A DNA stretch of 63,643 nucleotides, the filler included. It is 5 parts of 5 records of this genome, joined end to end, with 100 filler letters (N's around TTAATTAATTAA, not from the genome) between each part and the next. Parts side by side here need not be neighbours in the genome. Positions count along the whole stretch, not along the records: positions 37,996 to 51,315 come from SRR20825010_5560; 4 more parts are not named here. One strand, written 5' to 3'. The notes below the pieces were generated by a model that searched no databases, was not told the origin of the DNA, and was given only the letters and a program-made list of their open reading frames with translations. Within the stretch, counting starts at the first letter, position 1, and each line of letters starts with the position of its first letter. Positions 37,996-48,109 of the stretch are shown one piece after another. The position numbers were made by a program, and so were the translations under genes.

Positions 37996-39446
37996 GCGTT
38001 GAGCGGCGTGCGCAACTCGTGGCTCATATTGGCAAGAAATTCCGACTTCGAACGGTTGGCCGTTTCGGCACGGGTTTTTTCCGCCGCATATTTTTCGGCA
38101 AGGTCCACAAGCTGACGTGCCTGATGTTGCAACTTGAGGCGCGACGCTTCGAGGTCGCGCACGGTTTTTTCCAGCGCCGACTTGTTGGTGGTCAGCGCCG
38201 ATTCCTGCACCTTGATCGCAGTAATGTCAGTGCCGACATTCACATGCCCGCCTTCATAGGTGGGCCTTTCGCTGATCTGCAACCAGCGCCCGCCGGGTAA
38301 ACGGATTTCCCAGACACTTTCCTCAAGGCCACCGGCGCGCGGCCAGTCGGAGCCGATGCCGGCAAGTTCCATCACATTTTCCAGCGTGGTACCTTCGCGA
38401 ATGTCTTCTTCTGGTATTTGCAGGAATTCGATGAACTTGCTGTTGGCAGTCACAAGCCGGTTGTCATTGTCCCACAGCGCGAAAGCCTCGCCGATGCTCT
38501 CGATCGCATCACGTAGTCGGTCATTGGCATCTGTTTCGCGCGCTTCGGCCAGCTTCTGTTCGGTAATGTCGATGGTGATGCCGACAAGGCGCTCGCCTGC
38601 AATGCGTCCGCCGCCCCAAACCTGACCTTTGGCGCGCACCCATACCCAGCTACCGTCAGCATGACGTAACCGGAAAGCAGTGTCATAGGAGCGCGAGGCG
38701 CGCGATGCTGCGCCGATAATATCGTCGATGGCGCCCACATCTTCGGGGTGTGCCAGCTGCTTGATTTCGCTAGGCGAAAGACGCTTTGATGGTTGGCGAA
38801 GGCCCAGCATGTCGAACATGGCCGACGACCAGTAAACGCGGTTGGCCGTCAGATCCCAGTCCCAGATACCGCAACGCGCACCGGCAAAAGCCATATCGAA
38901 GCGCAGCTGGTTTTCCACCAGCGCGGCTTCTGCTTCCACCTTGCGTTCGCGCAAACGCACCAGCATGAAAGCCAGCGCGACATAGCCTACCGAAAGCAAT
39001 CCGGCAAAGCCAAGCGAACGGGAGAACCCGTCCTGCACATAAAGTCCGATGGTAATAGCGGCCAGTGCCAGTCCGGCCAGAACAAGGGCAATGCGCGCAA
39101 CCCAGGTCGCGGAGACAAACGACCGTTTGCGGCCATTGTCGCGTTGTTTCCATGCCAGGGATTCGCTCCGCGTGCTCGCCTCAGGAATACTCATATGCAC
39201 CACATGAGGCAGGCGTCCGGTTGCCTCGCCTCCTTCATTTTTACGTAGGGGATCAAGCGGACCGGGCATTGGGCGGCGCAGCGGCCGCTCCAGACTGATC
39301 CCACCCGAATCACCTAATGAAATCCGATGATTAGAGTTGGATTTACCTTTGTCCAGTGTGCTTTGAACTTTTTCGGCAATATCGGGCACGCTTTTTGGCC
39401 TGCGATGTATTTCAGACTCACTCACGCCGTCCGTCCCCTGTTTCAT
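37996..39446 (-). CDS. PAS-domain sensor histidine kinase, PleC-like (3'-truncated)
   Basis: Two TMs, PAS (CGIWDWDL...HADGSWVWVR), second PAS, H-box KSEFLANMSHELRTPLN; start uncertain. Confidence 0.82.
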
Positions 39447-39480
39447 CCGCCAAATTCACCGGATCGGTCTCTATCCGGTA

Positions 39481-42129
39481 TCAGGCGAGTGTCTTGGTCG
39501 CGATCTCGAAGACATCGCGTGATATGCCCTCCGCGCCAGCAATGCGCGTTAGATGGCGCGTCATTAGCTTGCGCCGTTTCGCGTCGAATTGCCGCCAGCT
39601 TTTGAAAGCGCCTAGCAATCTCGCCGCCACTTGCGGATTGAGTTGATCCAGCTCAAGCACCTTTTCCGCCACAAGAGCATAACCCGCACCATCGGCCGCA
39701 TGGAAGCGTAGCTGGTTGGCTGTGGCGAAACTTGTGATCAAAGCCCTGACTTTATTGGGGTTTCGTATGGTAAACGCGGGGTGCTCTAACAACTTGTAGA
39801 TATTGTCCAGCGTGTCGGGTAGGGCAGATGTGGCTTGAATAGCCAGCCATTTGTCCATGACCAGATGGTCGCCCTTCCATTGTTCATAGAAGGCATTAAG
39901 CGCCTTTTCACGCTCCGGACCGTCTGTATTGGCCAAAACGCCGAGTGCTGCGATCTGGTCGGTCATATTGTCAGCCTGCTCGAAATGCTCTGCGGCAAGA
40001 CGCACGCCGTTGCCGCCGGGCAGCAGGGCCAGATAACCCAGACAGATATTGCGCAGCGCGCGGCGACCCGCATGGTCGGCTTCAGGACTATATGGACCGT
40101 CAATCCGGCAGCGGTCATACGTGCCTCGCAATTCCTTTTCGCAGTCGACTGCCAAAGAGCGGCGCAAATGTTCGCGCGCCTCGTGGATCGCATCCACGTC
40201 CACATTCTCGCGGATGATCTGGGCAATGGTCTGTTCGCCGGGCAGTTGGATCATCTGAGCGACAAAATCGGGATCGAATTTTTTAGACCGCAGCATCTGG
40301 CGCATCATCTCGCCAAGGGCATCGCCCTTGCGCATGCGTCCGCCAGACTTCACCGCTTCCACCATGGAAACCATCAGGCCCGTCGCGTAGCGTTGCGCTG
40401 CTTCCCAGCGATTGAATGGGTCGCTGTCATTGCTCATCAGAAACACAAAGTCGCGTTCTTTGAGATTGGAGGTCAGTGTCACCGGCGCAGAAAAACCACG
40501 CAGCAGCGACGGGACAGGGCGCTCCTTCACATTACGAAAGCGAAACGTCGCATCGCGCTCGGTCAGGTTCAGCACACGTGTTGTGCCTTTGGCTTTTTCC
40601 TCGCCATCCAGCTGCAGCGGCATGTCTTTGCCGTCTGGCCCCACAAGTCCCATGGCAATGGGAATGTGATAAGGCTCCTTATGCTTCTGGCCCGGTGTCG
40701 GCGCGCAGATCTGGCTCACCTTCAACGTGTAGGTTTCGCGCGCCGCGTCATAGCGGCCCGAAGTCAGAATTTCCGGCGTGCCCGATTGGCTGTACCAGCG
40801 TTTGAACTGTGTGAGGTCGAGCTTTGCCCCGTCGCTGATCGCGTTGAGAAAGTCTTCCACCGTTGCCGCTTCGCCGTCATGGCGTTCGAAATAAAGGTCC
40901 ATGCCTTTGCGAAAGCGCTTCGGTCCTGCCAGCGTATGGATCATGCGGCACAGCTCGGCGCCTTTTTCATAGACGGTCGCCGTATAGAAATTATTGATCT
41001 CAATGTAATTGTCAGGTCGCACAGGATGCGCCAATGGTCCCTGATCTTCAGGAAACTGGTGCGAGCGCAACAGGCGCACATCGGAAATGCGCTTTACAGG
41101 TCGCGAGCGCATATCGCCGGTAAATTCCTGATCGCGGAAAACGGTCAGACCTTCTTTCAGGCACAGCTGAAACCAGTCGCGGCAAGTGATGCGGTTGCCG
41201 GTCCAGTTGTGAAAATATTCATGCGCAATGATGGCTTCAATCGAGGCGTAGTCCTGATCCGTCGCCGTGTCGGGACGCGCCAGAATATATTTATCATTGA
41301 AGATGTTGAGGCCCTTGTTTTCCATCGCGCCCATGTTGAAGGCGCTGACCGCAACGATCATGAAAATATCGAGATCATACTCGCGCCCGAAAACCTCTTC
41401 GTCCCAGCGCATTGAACGCTTCAGCGCATCCATCGCATAGGCGCAACGATCTTCATTGCCGCGCTCCACATAGATGCGCAAAGTCACTTTGCGGCCCGAT
41501 GCCGTGACATATGTGTCTTCCACATGCGCCAGATGCCCGGCCACTAATGCGAAGAGATAGGCGGGCTTAGGGTGGGGGTCATGCCATTCGGCAAACTGCC
41601 GTCCGTCCTTCAGCTTGCCGCTTTTTGTCAGATTGCCGTTCGACAGCATCACCGTGGCGAGCTTTTTATCGGCCACGATACGCGTAGTGAAAACCGCCAT
41701 CACATCTGGCCGGTCGAGATAATAGGTGATGCGGCGAAAACCCTCTGCCTCGCATTGGGTGCAATAAATCTCGTTGGACAGATAGAGTCCCATAAGTTGC
41801 GTATTGGCTTCCGGTCCGCAGCTCGTCACCACATCCAGCGTGAATGTATCGGGCGTTTCTGGCACAGTCAGGTGGTCACCGACCACCTGATAGGCATTCG
41901 GGCTGAGCGTTTCGCCATCCAGCGCCACTTCGTGCAGGGTCAGCTTCTGACCATCCAGCACCAGCGGGCCTTTGGCCGCATCCGGCGCCGGATTGCGCCT
42001 AACCTTCATCGTGGCGCGAACGCGCGTTGTCGCCGGGTCGAGTTCGATTTCGAGGCGCACCTCGTCAATCAGATAGGCTGGGGCCTTATAGTCTTTAAGA
42101 AGGATCGGGCGGGGGTCTTCGGCACGCAT
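39481..42129 (-). CDS. pepN: Aminopeptidase N
   Basis: TQCEAEGFR, GAMENKG, HEYFHNW, YEKGAE, NPNKVRAL. Confidence 0.96.
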   Translation of the reverse strand: MRAEDPRPILLKDYKAPAYLIDEVRLEIELDPATTRVRATMKVRRNPAPDAAKGPLVLDGQKLTLHEVALDGETLSPNAYQVVGDHLTVPETPDTFTLDVVTSCGPEANTQLMGLYLSNEIYCTQCEAEGFRRITYYLDRPDVMAVFTTRIVADKKLATVMLSNGNLTKSGKLKDGRQFAEWHDPHPKPAYLFALVAGHLAHVEDTYVTASGRKVTLRIYVERGNEDRCAYAMDALKRSMRWDEEVFGREYDLDIFMIVAVSAFNMGAMENKGLNIFNDKYILARPDTATDQDYASIEAIIAHEYFHNWTGNRITCRDWFQLCLKEGLTVFRDQEFTGDMRSRPVKRISDVRLLRSHQFPEDQGPLAHPVRPDNYIEINNFYTATVYEKGAELCRMIHTLAGPKRFRKGMDLYFERHDGEAATVEDFLNAISDGAKLDLTQFKRWYSQSGTPEILTSGRYDAARETYTLKVSQICAPTPGQKHKEPYHIPIAMGLVGPDGKDMPLQLDGEEKAKGTTRVLNLTERDATFRFRNVKERPVPSLLRGFSAPVTLTSNLKERDFVFLMSNDSDPFNRWEAAQRYATGLMVSMVEAVKSGGRMRKGDALGEMMRQMLRSKKFDPDFVAQMIQLPGEQTIAQIIRENVDVDAIHEAREHLRRSLAVDCEKELRGTYDRCRIDGPYSPEADHAGRRALRNICLGYLALLPGGNGVRLAAEHFEQADNMTDQIAALGVLANTDGPEREKALNAFYEQWKGDHLVMDKWLAIQATSALPDTLDNIYKLLEHPAFTIRNPNKVRALITSFATANQLRFHAADGAGYALVAEKVLELDQLNPQVAARLLGAFKSWRQFDAKRRKLMTRHLTRIAGAEGISRDVFEIATKTLA

Positions 42130-42287
42130 CGGATAAACAGCCTTACGAATTGGGCGGTCCCGATTGCGGGGGAGAACAGGGGTACCGCCAATTTGAATCT
42201 CTTAGGCTGTAGATATGCCCATTTTAAGGCGGCGGCAAATGGAGCGTGGCTTTTTGGCGGGCGCCGATTTAATGCCGGAAGGACGTT

Positions 42288-42827
42288 TCAAGCCGGTGTA
42301 ACGATCTTCACCTGATGGAGCACTGTCTCCGCGTCGCGCGCAATTTCCATGACTTCGTCTGGCAAGTTCTCAGGGTTATGCGCGGCATAATCCGTCAGGC
42401 GGCGCAGCACGGACATGAATTGCGGACCAAGCGCCATGATGCGGGCCTGAAGTTCGATACGTTCAGGCGCGAAATCATACTCGACGCCCGGCACACGCCA
42501 GCCGCTGCCTTCCTTGGTGTTGGTCATAATCACGGGGTATGTGCCGGGATAAGGGTGGGTCGAGCATTCCTCTGCCGAGCGCCACTTGTTCTGGGCGCGC
42601 ACCACGCGCCATTCTTCCATGGTCGGGTCCACCTGCGTCAGTGTGGTGCTTTCCTCGGTCTGGAGTTCTGTCGCCAGAAAATCGCGGCCTAAACCCACGT
42701 CGTAAAAAACTTTCAGCGGTTCGGGCACATCCTTCACCCATTGCGGGACGACGCGTTCGATCACCGCCCATGTGCCCACAGGGCGCACGAACACACGCTG
42801 GTTTTTATGAAAAAGTGCCTTTGCCAT
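42288..42827 (-). CDS. Conserved-looking hypothetical protein
   Basis: 179-aa ORF with host-like codon use and an upstream CtrA-like box. Confidence 0.75.
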   Translation of the reverse strand: MAKALFHKNQRVFVRPVGTWAVIERVVPQWVKDVPEPLKVFYDVGLGRDFLATELQTEESTTLTQVDPTMEEWRVVRAQNKWRSAEECSTHPYPGTYPVIMTNTKEGSGWRVPGVEYDFAPERIELQARIMALGPQFMSVLRRLTDYAAHNPENLPDEVMEIARDAETVLHQVKIVTPA

Positions 42828-42884
42828 AAGTCGCCTGCCGCCTGATCAGGAAGTTCCGTAAGGCGTCATTATGCGGCGTCTGCG

Positions 42885-42900
42885 GTTAGCGGGAGATTAA
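42885..42900 (-). promoter_or_regulatory. CtrA-like binding site
   Basis: Minus strand TTAA-N7-CTAAC (consensus TTAA-N7-TTAAC), 11 nt upstream of a CATAAT -10-like hexamer (42868-42873). Confidence 0.5.
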
Positions 42901-42920
42901 ACTCGCCGTCTCACTCAGGG

Positions 42921-45900
42921 TTAATCCGCGCCACGCGGCGTACGGCGGACGGTTTCTGAGGAATCCGGCTCGCTTGCCGCGCCACCCAGCTTACCCCGGA
43001 CCCAGCGGATGCCTGCATTGGTGTGCTGCTGTGCGCTTTCCAGAAGCATATAGGCCACAGGCACCACCACCAGCGTCAGTAATGTGGACGAGGCAAGCCC
43101 GCCAATGGCCACAAAGGCCATGGCATTGCGCATTTCGGCACCCTGACTGTTGGAGATCGCAACGGGGATCATGCCGCAGATTGTAGCAATCTGGGTCATC
43201 AGCACTGGCCGCAGCCGCACGGGACCGGCCTTGAGCAAGGCTTCTTTTAGTTCGAGTCCCTGTTCGCGCAGCTGGTTTGTATAGTCCACCAGCAGAATGC
43301 CGTTCTTCATCACAAGGCCCATCAGCGCCAGTAAGCCGATCTGTACAAACATCGTCAGTTCGAGGCCGGACAATTTGAGCGCGATAAAAGCACCGACGAA
43401 AGACAACGGAGCCGACAGCATGATGATGGCAGGCTGGGCAAAGCTGTTGAACTGGCTGGCCAGGATCATATAAAGCGCGGTGAGCGCTAGCAGAAATGCA
43501 AAAGCAACTGCCGCGGCGGCCTCCTTCATACTCTTTGCCCCACCTTCCGCCGACCATGTGTAGCCGGTCGGCAGATTGAGGTCTTTGAGATATTGTTCCA
43601 CTTGCTGCGTAGCAGGCCCGAGCGAGACGCCGGGCGCCATATTGGCGAGGATCTGGATGCGGCGCGAACGGTTTTGACGTTCGATCTGGGCCGGGCCCGA
43701 CGCCACATCGAAGCTTGCCACATTGGTGATGTCTATCAGCTGCCCGCTCGATCCGCGCACCTGAATGAGCGACAATTTGGCGATATTGTCGCGCTGGTCT
43801 TCTGCAAGCCGCACACGCACATCATAGCGCTGGCCGTATTCTTCAAACGACCCGGCTTTGACGCCGCCCACCATTGTGCGCACGGTTTCCGCCAGTGGCC
43901 GCACCGGAATGCCAAGGTCAGCTGCACGGGCGCGGTTGATCCGAACCTGCAGTTCCGGCTTGCCGCTGTCATAGCTCGACTTCACGTCGGTGAACATCGG
44001 ATTGGCCCGCATTTGGCCAATGACTTCATTGGATTGTTTTTCTAACAGAGCCAGATCAGGGCCCTTCAAGGCATAGTTGACCTGATAGGCACCAAAGCCG
44101 CCACCGGAAATCCAGGGAACGTCAAACAACGACATGTGCTTGGCTTCCGGTGCCGATTTCTGCATGGCCACGCGGGCTTCTTCCATAATGGTGAGGAAGG
44201 TTACATCGCGTTCTTTTTTGGGCGTCAGTCCGATATAGAAGGCCGCTTCATTGGCATTCTGTTTAGCGCCGTCACCCACCGTAAAGAACACGGTCGTCAC
44301 ATGCTCGACCTTGGACACGGCATGAGCCACGCGTTCGGCCACGGTACGCGTTTCTGTCAGCCCCACACCCATCGGCAATTCGATATTGGCAAGAAACTCT
44401 GAACGGTCTGTTCGAGCATCAAAGGCGGCGGGCAGGGTGCCTGCCACCATCACGCCCAGCACAATGGTTAGAGCCGCCAGCCCCATCACTGTCCAGCGCC
44501 AGTTGAGCGCCACACCGATCAGGCGACCGTAAAAAGCGTCGATCTTGTCATAGCTATCGGAGAAGAACCGCGCCATACGGTTCATGTTTTCCGGGTCATG
44601 GTCATGCGCTTTCAGCATGCGCGAAGACAGCATGGGTGTCAGCGTCAGCGATACGAGCAGAGAGACCAGAACCGAGAACGTGATCGCCAATCCGTATTGA
44701 AAGAAGAAACGCCCGACAATTCCGTCCATAAAGGCGATGGGCACGAAAACCGCGCAGACAGAGAAAGTCGCCGCCAGCACCGCAAGGCCCACTTCCTTGG
44801 TGCCAAGCGATGCCGCTTCCATCGGCGAATAGCCTTCCTCCAGCTTCCGGTAAATGCTTTCCAGCACCACAATGGCATCGTCCACCAGCAGACCCACCGC
44901 CATGGAGAGCGCCATCAGCGTCATCATGTTGATGGTGAAATCGGCCATATAGAAGGCAAAGAATGTCGAGACGAGCGAGGTCGGCATGGCAATGGCAACG
45001 ATGATCGTTGCGCGGAACGACAACAGAAAGGCCAGTGTCACGAACACAACCAGAAGAATGCCGATCTGGATATCGACAAACACGTCTTCTGCCGAGCCTT
45101 CGATGAATTTGGCACTGTCACGCGCGATCTTCATGCTCACGCCGGCAGGGGCGAGTTCTTGCAGGTCAGCCACCGCCTCGCGCACAGCGCGGGCCACTTC
45201 CACCGTGTTCTGGCCTGATTGCTTGCGGATCTGCAGCGACACACCGCGCTGGCCATCCAGCTGTGCATAGGAAGTTTCATCGGCCATGCCGTCTTCGACA
45301 TTGGCAACATCGCGGATCGTGGTTGGCGCACCATCGGGCCGGAAGGCAACAATGATGTCGCCAAAGCCTTTGACAGTCGAAACCTCGCCCTTGGTCTTGA
45401 CCGAAAATTCGCTGGAGCGTCCGGGTGTTTCCAGCTTGCCGCCGGGAATATCGGCATGCTCGCGCCGGATCGCGGTCGTCACATCGTCAGCGGTTACGTT
45501 GTAAGAGCGCATGCGATCGGCATCAAGCCAGATACGCACTTCGCGGTCGCGACCGCCCACCAGCGTGATCGAGCCGACACCGGAAATACGTTGCAGGTTT
45601 TCCTTGATCGTCTTGTCGGCGAAATGGGTGAGGTCCTTGATCGGCATATCGCCCGCCACCATCACGGTCATGATGGGCTGTGCGTCGGGATCGAGTTTTT
45701 CGACAATCGACTGCTTGGCGTCATCGGGCAGATTGGCGCGCGCGCGGGCCACCTTGTCGCGCACATCCTGTGCCTTGACGTCAATATCCTCGTCCAGCTT
45801 GTACATGATCGACACCTGGCTCAGGCCTTCGGCGCTGATCGACATGAGGTTGTCGATGCCTGACGTGGTGTTCACTTCTTCTTCGATAGGGTCGGTGATG

Positions 45901-46085
45901 TCGCTTTCAATCGCATCCGGCGATGCGCCATCCAGTGTGGTTGATACGGACACGAGGGGAAACTCGACTTTGGGGAAAAGATCGACGCCCAGCCGTCCCA
46001 GTGAGATCCATCCCAGCACAACCAGCGCCATGATGATCATCACGGCGAAAACGGGACGACGAATTGAAATGTCGGAAATCCACAT
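42921..46085 (-). CDS. RND efflux permease (AcrB/AcrD/AcrF family)
   Basis: SIRRPVFA, GLLVDDAIVVLE, KNGILLVD, RLRPVLMT; GAGGAG RBS before ATG 46085. Confidence 0.94.
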   Translation of the reverse strand: MWISDISIRRPVFAVMIIMALVVLGWISLGRLGVDLFPKVEFPLVSVSTTLDGASPDAIESDITDPIEEEVNTTSGIDNLMSISAEGLSQVSIMYKLDEDIDVKAQDVRDKVARARANLPDDAKQSIVEKLDPDAQPIMTVMVAGDMPIKDLTHFADKTIKENLQRISGVGSITLVGGRDREVRIWLDADRMRSYNVTADDVTTAIRREHADIPGGKLETPGRSSEFSVKTKGEVSTVKGFGDIIVAFRPDGAPTTIRDVANVEDGMADETSYAQLDGQRGVSLQIRKQSGQNTVEVARAVREAVADLQELAPAGVSMKIARDSAKFIEGSAEDVFVDIQIGILLVVFVTLAFLLSFRATIIVAIAMPTSLVSTFFAFYMADFTINMMTLMALSMAVGLLVDDAIVVLESIYRKLEEGYSPMEAASLGTKEVGLAVLAATFSVCAVFVPIAFMDGIVGRFFFQYGLAITFSVLVSLLVSLTLTPMLSSRMLKAHDHDPENMNRMARFFSDSYDKIDAFYGRLIGVALNWRWTVMGLAALTIVLGVMVAGTLPAAFDARTDRSEFLANIELPMGVGLTETRTVAERVAHAVSKVEHVTTVFFTVGDGAKQNANEAAFYIGLTPKKERDVTFLTIMEEARVAMQKSAPEAKHMSLFDVPWISGGGFGAYQVNYALKGPDLALLEKQSNEVIGQMRANPMFTDVKSSYDSGKPELQVRINRARAADLGIPVRPLAETVRTMVGGVKAGSFEEYGQRYDVRVRLAEDQRDNIAKLSLIQVRGSSGQLIDITNVASFDVASGPAQIERQNRSRRIQILANMAPGVSLGPATQQVEQYLKDLNLPTGYTWSAEGGAKSMKEAAAAVAFAFLLALTALYMILASQFNSFAQPAIIMLSAPLSFVGAFIALKLSGLELTMFVQIGLLALMGLVMKNGILLVDYTNQLREQGLELKEALLKAGPVRLRPVLMTQIATICGMIPVAISNSQGAEMRNAMAFVAIGGLASSTLLTLVVVPVAYMLLESAQQHTNAGIRWVRGKLGGAASEPDSSETVRRTPRGAD

Positions 46086-46140
46086 CGGATTGCTCCTCAA
46101 CAGGCCATGCGGCCTCGGGCTTCCGCCCGGAATAATCTGT

Positions 46141-47382
46141 TTATCGTGTCGTTGTCGGTGCGGCGGTCTCGTCGCTCGTTGCAGCCGCTAGCTTTTCCAC
46201 CTTCAGCGGGGTGCCTTCGACGATCAGTGTCAGATTGGGGCCGTAGAGCACCTTATCGCCTTCTTTCAGACCGGAGATAACTTCCACACTCGTTGCATCA
46301 ATCTGCTGCATGGTGATCGGCACGCGCTTTGCGACACCCCCCTCATCCACAAAGACATATCTCTGGCTTTCCGTGCCTTGCACGGCCGCGCGCTGCATGG
46401 ACAAAACTTTGCGCGGCTCGGGATAGATTTCCGCGCGCGCAAACAGACCGGGCTTTATTTCATAGTCGGGATTGAGGATTGGCAGGCGCAGCTCCACGCC
46501 GCGTGTCTTCACATCGATCAGATCGTTCAGAATATAGACTTCGCTGTCATAGCTCTTGCCCATGCTGCCGATAATGACCTTGCCCTTCGATCCGACATGG
46601 ATTTTGGGCAGATCAACTTCCGGCACCTGCACGATAGCGGCCACAATGTCGATCTTCATGATTTGCAAGACGCTACTACCACCACCACCTCCGCCGCCAC
46701 TTTGACCTCCGCCCATCATCCCCATGCCGCCGCCCATCGTGGTCATGAAGCGGCCTTCATCCACATCGCGCCGCGTAATTACGCCGTCAAAGGGTGCGCG
46801 CACTGTGCAGTCTTCCAGTGTTTGCTTGGCAGATGAGAGCTGCGCTTCAGCAATGCCAAGCTTGGCCACAGCCCCGTCGCGTGCGGTCTGTGCATTATCC
46901 AGCCCGCCATTGGAGACAAAGCCACCGTCATGCAGTTCCTTGGCACGCGTATAGGCGCGACCTGCCGTGCGGGCTTCTGACTTTGCCAACCGGACCTGAT
47001 TTTCCAGTTCAGCCACACGGTTTTTTATTTCGACATCGCGCGTATGGAACAGCGGATCGCCGGTTTTCACGCGTGTGCCGACGGCCACATCAATCTTTTC
47101 GATAATGCCCGAGACGCGCGGCCCCAGTTCCGTGGTCTTCACCGCCGCAATTGTCCCTGTACCGATCACCGGTTCCACCAGCGTCTTCTCTGTCACCACC
47201 GTCTGAAAGATGCTAACCGCATCAGCGGGCTTTTCAGCCGCCGCCGATGTTTCGTCGCTATCGCCGCAGCCGCTCAGCAGGGCTACAGCGGCTAAAGTCA
47301 TAAAAAATTTTGTCAGGCGCCGCTGACCTGCTGACGCAGCGGAACCATTGCGAATATCCAAGCACTCCGACATCACTCTCAA
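46141..47382 (-). CDS. RND periplasmic adaptor (membrane fusion lipoprotein)
   Basis: LLSGC lipobox, VRAPFDGVI, KPGLFAR, GLKEGDKV; true start probably downstream of 47382. Confidence 0.9.
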   Translation of the reverse strand: MRVMSECLDIRNGSAASAGQRRLTKFFMTLAAVALLSGCGDSDETSAAAEKPADAVSIFQTVVTEKTLVEPVIGTGTIAAVKTTELGPRVSGIIEKIDVAVGTRVKTGDPLFHTRDVEIKNRVAELENQVRLAKSEARTAGRAYTRAKELHDGGFVSNGGLDNAQTARDGAVAKLGIAEAQLSSAKQTLEDCTVRAPFDGVITRRDVDEGRFMTTMGGGMGMMGGGQSGGGGGGGSSVLQIMKIDIVAAIVQVPEVDLPKIHVGSKGKVIIGSMGKSYDSEVYILNDLIDVKTRGVELRLPILNPDYEIKPGLFARAEIYPEPRKVLSMQRAAVQGTESQRYVFVDEGGVAKRVPITMQQIDATSVEVISGLKEGDKVLYGPNLTLIVEGTPLKVEKLAAATSDETAAPTTTR

Positions 47383-47454
47383 CGCTATTCCCCAAAATTT
47401 GAATCGTGAGCCCCTGAAGCAGCTTCAAGCCATTGCCAAGCCGCGCGTGGAGCA

Positions 47455-47476
47455 ATAGTCTGCATGTGCATAATAT
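47455..47476. promoter_or_regulatory. Probable MarR operator
   Basis: ATAGTCTGCA-TG-TGCATAATAT imperfect palindrome (8 of 10 arm positions) between divergent MFP and marR. Confidence 0.5.
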
Positions 47477-47510
47477 CCTAGGTTACTATCTAAACGGGTG
47501 CAATTAGCTA

Positions 47511-48035
47511 TTGAGTGTTCATTCAAATACGCCTGAAGAGCAGACCGACCAGATCAAGCAATTCGCCTGGACATTGCATGATGTTTTCCGGCTGTTTCAG
47601 CGCGGTTGGGCGCGACGTTTGCGTGGCAGCGGCCTCGGTATCAGCCCGGCCCAATCCCGTGTCATGACCGAAGTTCACCAGCAAGGTGGCCTCACGCAGA
47701 CCGCTATCGCCGAAAGCGTCGAAATGGAAAAGGCTCCACTCGGCCGTCTTCTCGATCGTTTGGAAGAAATGGGGCTCATCGAGCGTCGCCCTGACCCATC
47801 AGACCGCCGGGTGCGTTTGGTCTTCCACACCCAAAAGGCCGAGAGCCTTGATGAGCCTATGTGGGGCGCCGCGCGGGGCCTCTTTGAAACAGCGCTGGAA
47901 GGCGTCAGCGAGGAGGAGGTGCTTGTTCTCCTCTCGATTCTCGATCGATTGAAGCAGAATCTGCTGGCCGAAGAAGCCCGCACCGCCGCTTTGCGCCGAC
48001 CCGGTGGTGACGAAGGCGGTCCGGTATCTAGGTAG
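47511..48035 (+). CDS. MarR-family regulator
   Basis: LTQTAIAE..LGRLLDRLEEMGLIERRPDPSDRR. Confidence 0.9.
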   Translation: MSVHSNTPEEQTDQIKQFAWTLHDVFRLFQRGWARRLRGSGLGISPAQSRVMTEVHQQGGLTQTAIAESVEMEKAPLGRLLDRLEEMGLIERRPDPSDRRVRLVFHTQKAESLDEPMWGAARGLFETALEGVSEEEVLVLLSILDRLKQNLLAEEARTAALRRPGGDEGGPVSR

Positions 48036-48109
48036 ATTCAATTCGGCAGGAAGAGCACCTGCGGTATGGCGAGACTTGAGCGCCCATTTGGGACAGCATA
48101 ACGTGACCC

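Noticed and set aside
39835..41415. 526-aa plus-strand ORF
   Set aside because: Entirely antisense to pepN with no recognisable motifs; typical shadow ORF of GC-rich coding DNA. The same applies to the many antisense ORFs over the RND, ACAD and two-component genes
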